DNA from: an uncultured Verrucomicrobiae bacterium
GTDB lineage: Bacteria > Verrucomicrobiota > Verrucomicrobiia > Chthoniobacterales > UBA10450
Assembly: GCA_963735805.1 (NCBI GenBank)
Contig: CAVTMK010000002.1
Span: 1,504,001 to 1,568,000 of the forward strand
DNA: 64,000 bases
Direction: 5' to 3'
The notes beneath the pieces are model-generated. The model saw only the letters and a list, made by a program, of their open reading frames with translations. It searched no databases and was not told where the DNA came from. Shown here piece after piece: positions 58,524 to 64,000 of this stretch. The stretch's first letter is position 1. Each line of letters begins with the position of its first letter. The position numbers were made by a program, and so were the translations under genes.

Positions 58524-60281
58524 TCATGGCAATTTCACTGGCTTACGCAGGGTCAGTTGAAGCTCGTAAGGAAACGCCCATTCCGTATCGTTCGGAACGG
58601 AGTTCGATTTGATCACGCGCTCCGGAGTTTTTGGATCAACAATGAAAAACGGCGAACTTGCCAGGTTGCGTAAGTAATCGACCACAATTTCCTGCTGCTT
58701 TGGATTGTAGAGGTAAAGTCCGCGCACCAGGACGCCATCGATTGATTTCGCTCCGGCAGGAGGCGTTTTCGTTCCCGGGGCAGAAGTTGCCTGTGTGACA
58801 ACCGGGGCCACAATCCCAGCGCGTTTTTCACCCGCTCCCAACAATTTTCCGCCCGAGGTCGCCCCAAGCTCGGTGATCCAAATGTCGGCTTCCGGCAGGC
58901 GCGCATTTAGATCCTCAAGAATTTGCGGCCAGAAGTCGCGATCATCGATCGCGCTAATAAGCGGGCCGGCGACGCCGTCGAGCGAGGTGACTTGTTTTTT
59001 GAGCTTATCCAGCTGTGTTTCCGCTCCTCGCATGGAGGCATTCTTTTGCTGTATCACCTCGACGCTATCCCGCGTCACCTGCGCCGCTCGTGTGTAATAC
59101 ACAGACCATCCCAGTATGGCGAGAACCACGCATGCGGCCGCCGCAATAAAGAATGGCCGGCGTCGCTCCAATTCCTGCCTTCGAACAACAGTTGCCGGAA
59201 GCAGACTTAATTCCATCGGACAGACCGTCACGCCACGCAGCGCCAGGCCAACCAATTCACCGAGAAGATGCGCGGAGTGTACGACGCCCGACGCTGACGC
59301 CGTCTCCGACACAGCTACGTTTCGAAGAGGATTAAAGAACTCGATCGGCAATTGAAATTTCTCGTGAAAAAACTCGCGCATGTAAGGCATGCCTGCTGCT
59401 CCCCCACAAAGAAAGATGCGGTCCGGGTGACTTCCTTCTTGTTGCGCCCGATAGTGGCTGATTGAGCGCATTAACTCCGCGTGCAATCGGGTCAATGTAC
59501 TGCGCGCCAGCTTCGACACGCGAGCAATGTCGTGGTCGGAGGGCTCGGCATAAGCGCCTCCCAACCCGACAAACCCATCTTGCTTCTTGCGAGTTTCTGC
59601 GGCCTCAAAAGATTCGCTAAATTCCCTCGCAATTGCCGTCGTGATTGCGCTGCCGCCAATGGGAAGACTGCGCGAGAAAATTTTTCGAGGATCGATAAAA
59701 AGAACATTGGTGGTGCGCGCCCCGATATCCACCAGCAGCGAGCAGTCACTCACGCTGGGATAGCTATAGCGAAACGCATTATAGAGCGACATCGGCGCCA
59801 CATCGACAGTAGAGGTATGCAGCCCGGCTTCTTCGACTCCTGCGGTGATATCGTCCAGCAAATCAACCTTGATCGCGACCAGGATCACTTGAGTTTGCTC
59901 GTCCATGCCGCCTCCGACCAGCTGGTAATCCCAAACCACATCGTCGATTGGGAACGGAACGTTTTGTTGCGCCTCAAACGCAATGATTTTGTCCAGCTTT
60001 TCTTGTTCGAGCATGGGCAGTTTCACGAAACGGGCAAAAACCGATTGCGCAGGCAACGCGTAATTCACTGCGCCGTGTTTAATGCGGAGCTCGGCCATCA
60101 TTTCACGTACGGCGACTGCTATTCGCGTCCGCCGCACTTCGTCGCTCGTCGGATCGGCAGAAATCTCGCGTAAGCGATAATCCATCAAAACGAGGCCCCC
60201 ATGTGCTTGCAACCGGAACTCCGCCAGACCGATGGTCTGGGACCCGAGATTGAGACTGATCAGGCGCGGCGCGATAGCCAT
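58524..60281 (-). CDS. pilM: Type IV pilus assembly PilM with fused PilN-like C-terminus
   Basis: Actin-like motifs LNLGSQ, FEAQQNVPFP, VDIGARTT, LCGG, VGLALR; then TM, coiled coil, IWITE. Confidence 0.88.
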   Translation of the reverse strand: MAIAPRLISLNLGSQTIGLAEFRLQAHGGLVLMDYRLREISADPTSDEVRRTRIAVAVREMMAELRIKHGAVNYALPAQSVFARFVKLPMLEQEKLDKIIAFEAQQNVPFPIDDVVWDYQLVGGGMDEQTQVILVAIKVDLLDDITAGVEEAGLHTSTVDVAPMSLYNAFRYSYPSVSDCSLLVDIGARTTNVLFIDPRKIFSRSLPIGGSAITTAIAREFSESFEAAETRKKQDGFVGLGGAYAEPSDHDIARVSKLARSTLTRLHAELMRSISHYRAQQEGSHPDRIFLCGGAAGMPYMREFFHEKFQLPIEFFNPLRNVAVSETASASGVVHSAHLLGELVGLALRGVTVCPMELSLLPATVVRRQELERRRPFFIAAAACVVLAILGWSVYYTRAAQVTRDSVEVIQQKNASMRGAETQLDKLKKQVTSLDGVAGPLISAIDDRDFWPQILEDLNARLPEADIWITELGATSGGKLLGAGEKRAGIVAPVVTQATSAPGTKTPPAGAKSIDGVLVRGLYLYNPKQQEIVVDYLRNLASSPFFIVDPKTPERVIKSNSVPNDTEWAFPYELQLTLRKPVKLP

Positions 60282-60407
60282 GGCTAAAATTTCTAGAACC
60301 CAAAACCGAAATCCCAAAGAAATTTCAAGCTCGAAATCTTTAAACTGCGAAATCTGATGAATCTCAATGGCGCTTGATTCGCGCCGCGGTCGAGCATTGC
60401 GAACACG

Positions 60408-62144
60408 TTATGCGATTGTCGGCTCGGTTGTTTCGAGCAAGCTTTGTTCGCACAAGCGCGCGTATTTGCCGCCAAGCGCGAGCAATTGCTCGTGGGTTCC
60501 CCGCTCGACGATACGGCCGTGATCGAGCACGAGAATCTGATCTGCATGCACGACCGTGGAAAGTCGATGCGCGATAACGATGGAAGTCCGGTCGAACATC
60601 AGAGTCTCCAGCGCTTCCTGGATAAGCCGTTCCGTCGTGGTGTCCACGCTCGCCGTCGCTTCATCCAGAACAAGAATTGGCGGATCCTTCAACAGCGCCC
60701 GCGCAATCGAAAGCCGCTGCTTTTCGCCTACACTCAATTTTACTCCACGCTCCCCTACTACGCTGCTCAATCCGTGTGGCAATCGATCGATGAAAGGACG
60801 CGCGTTTGCCACGGCCGCCGCCTCCAGCAATTCTTCATCCGTTGCATCAGGCTTCCCAATTAGCAGGTTCTCGCGGATGGTGCCGTTAAACAAAAAGCAT
60901 TCCTGCGTCACCATCCCTATCTGTTGGCGCAACGCGCGGATGTGCAAGTTACGAATCGGCGTTCCGTCGACCAAAATGTCGCCGTTATCGAACTCGTAGA
61001 AGCGCGTGAGCAAATTGATCACAGTGGATTTTCCCGAGCCGGTCGGGCCGACAAGCGCGATCGTCTCACCTGGCCGTGCGTGAAATGAAATGTCACTTAA
61101 CGTCGGTAGTTCTCCGGAATAACTGAAACTGACGTGCCGGAACTCAATTTCGCCGCGCACTGTCTCAGCCAGCGCGTTGCCCCCCTCGGGCTCGCTCGTT
61201 GAATCGAGAATTTCAAAGACGCGTTCGCCCGCGGCACGGCCTGCCTGCATTAGTTGATTGAGTTCATGCAGTTTGCCTATTGGCTCGTAGAGAAAACTCG
61301 CGAGAACAAGGAAAGCGCCAAGATCGCCCAGCTGTAAAGCTCCCGATAGAATATCGTGCGCCCCCACGGCTACGACCAGCAGCACGCCTAGCGAGCCGAA
61401 CAAATACATCGAAGAATGGTAAAGTGCCCATATCCGCGTGACGACGAGACTGGCGCGCCGCAACTCGTCGCTCTCTTTGTTGAACCGACGATCTTCCTCA
61501 TCCTCACGCACAAAACTTTTGATCTGACGAATGCCGGAAAGATTGTCGTGGAGGACCGAATTCATCGCTGAAGCGGCGCGGCGATGCACCCGGTAGCGCC
61601 GGTGCGCCGTGAGCGTATACCAAAGCGCGCCGCCGGCAAGGAACGGCACTGGCGTGAGTGCGAGCAGCGTCAGTTTTGTGCTGAGGTAAAACATTCCCGC
61701 AACCACCACCAGAATTTGCAACACAGCTACCGTGCCTTTCTCGATGCCGTCGATCAGGACGCGCTCGACCGAGTTCACGTCCTCCAGGACCCGCGTCATC
61801 AGATCGCCCGTGGCGCGATTATCGAACCAGCGCAGCGGAAGAGTCTGGATGTGTGAATACAGATCGCGCCGCAGATCGAAGATCACTTTTTGCTCAAAGG
61901 CGTTGTTGAGCAGGAGACGAAGATAATCCAAGCCTCTCTGAATAAACATGGCTAAAGCCACGAGCATGAGCAACGGTACCAAACGTTCGGCGTGGTGACC
62001 GTTGATAACGTTATCAAGAATATATTTCGTCGCCGCAGGAGGAACAGCGACCATGAGCGTGCCTCCGATCGCGCAAGCGAGCGTCGCTATCGCGAGCAGC
62101 GGATAGCGTCTTAGATAAACAAAAACGCGCCAGACTGTTTTCAT
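60408..62144 (-). CDS. ABC exporter, fused permease/ATPase
   Basis: TM domain, GPTGSGKS, LSVGEKQR, LDEAT, AHRLST. Confidence 0.93.
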   Translation of the reverse strand: MKTVWRVFVYLRRYPLLAIATLACAIGGTLMVAVPPAATKYILDNVINGHHAERLVPLLMLVALAMFIQRGLDYLRLLLNNAFEQKVIFDLRRDLYSHIQTLPLRWFDNRATGDLMTRVLEDVNSVERVLIDGIEKGTVAVLQILVVVAGMFYLSTKLTLLALTPVPFLAGGALWYTLTAHRRYRVHRRAASAMNSVLHDNLSGIRQIKSFVREDEEDRRFNKESDELRRASLVVTRIWALYHSSMYLFGSLGVLLVVAVGAHDILSGALQLGDLGAFLVLASFLYEPIGKLHELNQLMQAGRAAGERVFEILDSTSEPEGGNALAETVRGEIEFRHVSFSYSGELPTLSDISFHARPGETIALVGPTGSGKSTVINLLTRFYEFDNGDILVDGTPIRNLHIRALRQQIGMVTQECFLFNGTIRENLLIGKPDATDEELLEAAAVANARPFIDRLPHGLSSVVGERGVKLSVGEKQRLSIARALLKDPPILVLDEATASVDTTTERLIQEALETLMFDRTSIVIAHRLSTVVHADQILVLDHGRIVERGTHEQLLALGGKYARLCEQSLLETTEPTIA

Positions 62145-62216
62145 TTTCCCCTGAAGACTCACCGACCTGACTCAAGTTTCAAGGCCTAATGGGCTCTAGT
62201 GGCTCCCAAGCCCCCA

Positions 62217-63518
62217 TCAAATAATGCGATAATCCCTCAGTTCTTTAAAAAAGGTCGAGACCGCAGTTTTGACTACGACCACCGCGGGAATAGCGAACAA
62301 CATGCCCCACAAACCCATGATCAGAGAGCCGCCGATGATCGCGATAACGACCACAAGCGGATGAACGTTGACCGCGCTGCCAAGGACAAGAGGCTGAAAG
62401 ACAACGTCGTCCAGCACGTGCACAATCACGACCAGGATGAGCACATATATCGCCAGATCATTCGGATTCAGACCGGGAATGAGGGGCCTTATGTTTTCCG
62501 CGATTAACGCATAACCAACACCAATCACCAGGGCGATGACCGTGCCTAAAAACGGAATTGCGTTAAGGAGCCCGGACACTACGCCTATGGCCACCGCGAT
62601 CCCCCACGGAATGCCAAGGAGGATCAATCCGAATGTGAGAGTCAGGCCGACAAGGAAACATTCCGTCAACGTTCCGCGTAAGTACCTGCCGATGGCATCG
62701 TCGAGTTCGTCAATCACTGTCAGCGACAACTCAAAATAGCGGTTGGGCACAAGACCGATGAAAAAGCGGCGGATCTGTCCGTTATCGAAACCAAGGAAGA
62801 TAAAAATCAACGGCGCCAACATCCACGCGGATACTTTACTCTCGAGGCTCGTCCCCTCCTCCGCAGCCGGAGGTTGAGCCGCAGCAGCTGCCGCCGGGAC
62901 TGTGGGCGATGCTTCTCCAACTGCAGGCTTTTCGGGAACTACGTACTTGCCGCTCTTTTGGTTCGCCCAAAAGTAATCAACAAATTTATTCTCAATCGGC
63001 GGTTTGCCGTTGTATCCCCCGGCATATTTCAGGAACAATTCGCGTTCTTCCCGGTTAAGTGCGAGGGCCTGATTGACCTTATCCATAAGCGGGCCAACTT
63101 CTTTTTCGATTAACGGTGCTATGGCGTTTGATTTTCCCTCCGGTGATTTCGCCACCAACTGCTGGTACCTTTGATTCAATTTGTATTTGAGGCGGACCTT
63201 GAATTCGAGCTTCTCCTCTTCATCGGGAATGTGTTTACGTAGAGTGTTGAACGCGAAAAACAGGACAATGCCGATGAGCGCGAAGGAACAAAGAACTTGA
63301 AGCTCATGAGGGAGCCATCGGACTCGAAAGCGATCTTTTACCGGGCGGAAGAGGAATGCCAGCAGGGCGCCGACTATGATCGGCAGAATAAGACCACTTA
63401 ATTTCCAGATCAGGAATCCGCCCACAATCAGGGCAAGGATCGCAAATGTAAGATAAAAGATTCTGCGCCGGATTCTGCGCTCTCGCTCTTTCTGTTCGAC
63501 GTCCTGGCCGTTGCTCAT
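62217..63518 (-). CDS. AI-2E family transporter
   Basis: Multiple TMs, IPFLG, QPLVLG..V.VHP, G..GMLFAIP. Confidence 0.88.
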   Translation of the reverse strand: MSNGQDVEQKERERRIRRRIFYLTFAILALIVGGFLIWKLSGLILPIIVGALLAFLFRPVKDRFRVRWLPHELQVLCSFALIGIVLFFAFNTLRKHIPDEEEKLEFKVRLKYKLNQRYQQLVAKSPEGKSNAIAPLIEKEVGPLMDKVNQALALNREERELFLKYAGGYNGKPPIENKFVDYFWANQKSGKYVVPEKPAVGEASPTVPAAAAAAQPPAAEEGTSLESKVSAWMLAPLIFIFLGFDNGQIRRFFIGLVPNRYFELSLTVIDELDDAIGRYLRGTLTECFLVGLTLTFGLILLGIPWGIAVAIGVVSGLLNAIPFLGTVIALVIGVGYALIAENIRPLIPGLNPNDLAIYVLILVVIVHVLDDVVFQPLVLGSAVNVHPLVVVIAIIGGSLIMGLWGMLFAIPAVVVVKTAVSTFFKELRDYRII

Positions 63519-63982
63519 CCTAATCCGGCCGTGTCCACAAGAGTTTTCATCTGCACCAATTCATTCGTCGAGCGAAGACGATCGCCGATCATTGTCGCAA
63601 GCGAGCGGTAAATCTGGCAGGCGGTTCGGGGATGGCGATGCCTCAAACTGTTAAGGTCGTTTCGATAAAGCGCCAGTGTCCGAGTGCGTTCCAAGGCACG
63701 AGCATTGGCGGAACGCGGCGTGTCATCCAGCAAGGCCATCTCTCCGAAAAATGCACCGCTTTCTAAAACTGCCAGGCGCGCCGTGCTGGTCTCACGGTAA
63801 ATTTCCACTGCCACTTTACCATCCAAAATTAGAAATAGCGCCGCACCGGGTTGGCCCTCCTCAAAAATTGATTCGTCCGTGTCATAGGTACGTTCAAACA
63901 TAATGTCAGAGACATTTTTGAGTTGCCGGTTTGAGAGTCGATCAAAGAACGGAACCGTTTTAAGGAATTGAATGCGATCCAA
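63515..63982 (-). CDS. Cyclic nucleotide-binding domain protein
   Basis: IFEEGQPG..LF.I..G.V, FFGEMALL...PRSANA. Confidence 0.9.
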   Translation of the reverse strand: MDRIQFLKTVPFFDRLSNRQLKNVSDIMFERTYDTDESIFEEGQPGAALFLILDGKVAVEIYRETSTARLAVLESGAFFGEMALLDDTPRSANARALERTRTLALYRNDLNSLRHRHPRTACQIYRSLATMIGDRLRSTNELVQMKTLVDTAGLG

Positions 63983-64000
63983 TTGAGCGCTTGAGTGTTT

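Noticed and set aside
1..64000. tRNA/rRNA genes, IS transposases, prophage structural genes
   Set aside because: None recognised by eye; tRNAscan-SE, Infernal and ISEScan would be needed to exclude them formally

Overview
A gene-dense 64-kb chromosomal segment, most likely from a soil verrucomicrobium of the Chthoniobacterales ('Ca. Udaeobacter'-like). This is inferred from the Amuc_1098-1101-like pilus cluster, the AFTLIE pilin and the repeat families. Housekeeping genes: der, pgsA-like, thrC, lysC, asd, pdxJ, acpS, metG, folC, accD, tlyA, nadK, sdhAB, hutUH. Accessory blocks: (i) an arsenic region with ArsS radical SAM, a glycosyltransferase and a DUF6428-arsR-aquaporin-arsC-arsM operon; (ii) a copper region with a multicopper oxidase, a P1B-ATPase, a Cys/polyproline leader-like ORF and two unannotated secreted Cys-rich micropeptides; (iii) two integron-type gene cassettes, each behind a copy of the same 32-bp attI-like site, one with an intact attC, and no integrase in the window; (iv) a ~1.33-kb hairpin-rich element bounded by a dif-like direct repeat (candidate non-autonomous Xer-exploiting ssDNA element); (v) two tandem micro-lipoprotein genes with duplicated promoter and leader. 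Also notable: a single-polypeptide E1alpha-E1beta-lipoyl-E2 2-oxoacid dehydrogenase, REP-like palindromes inserted in-frame in proteins, a frameshifted Sdh anchor and a bioA relic. No rRNA, tRNA or CRISPR array was seen. All family assignments come from motif recognition by eye; no searches were run.
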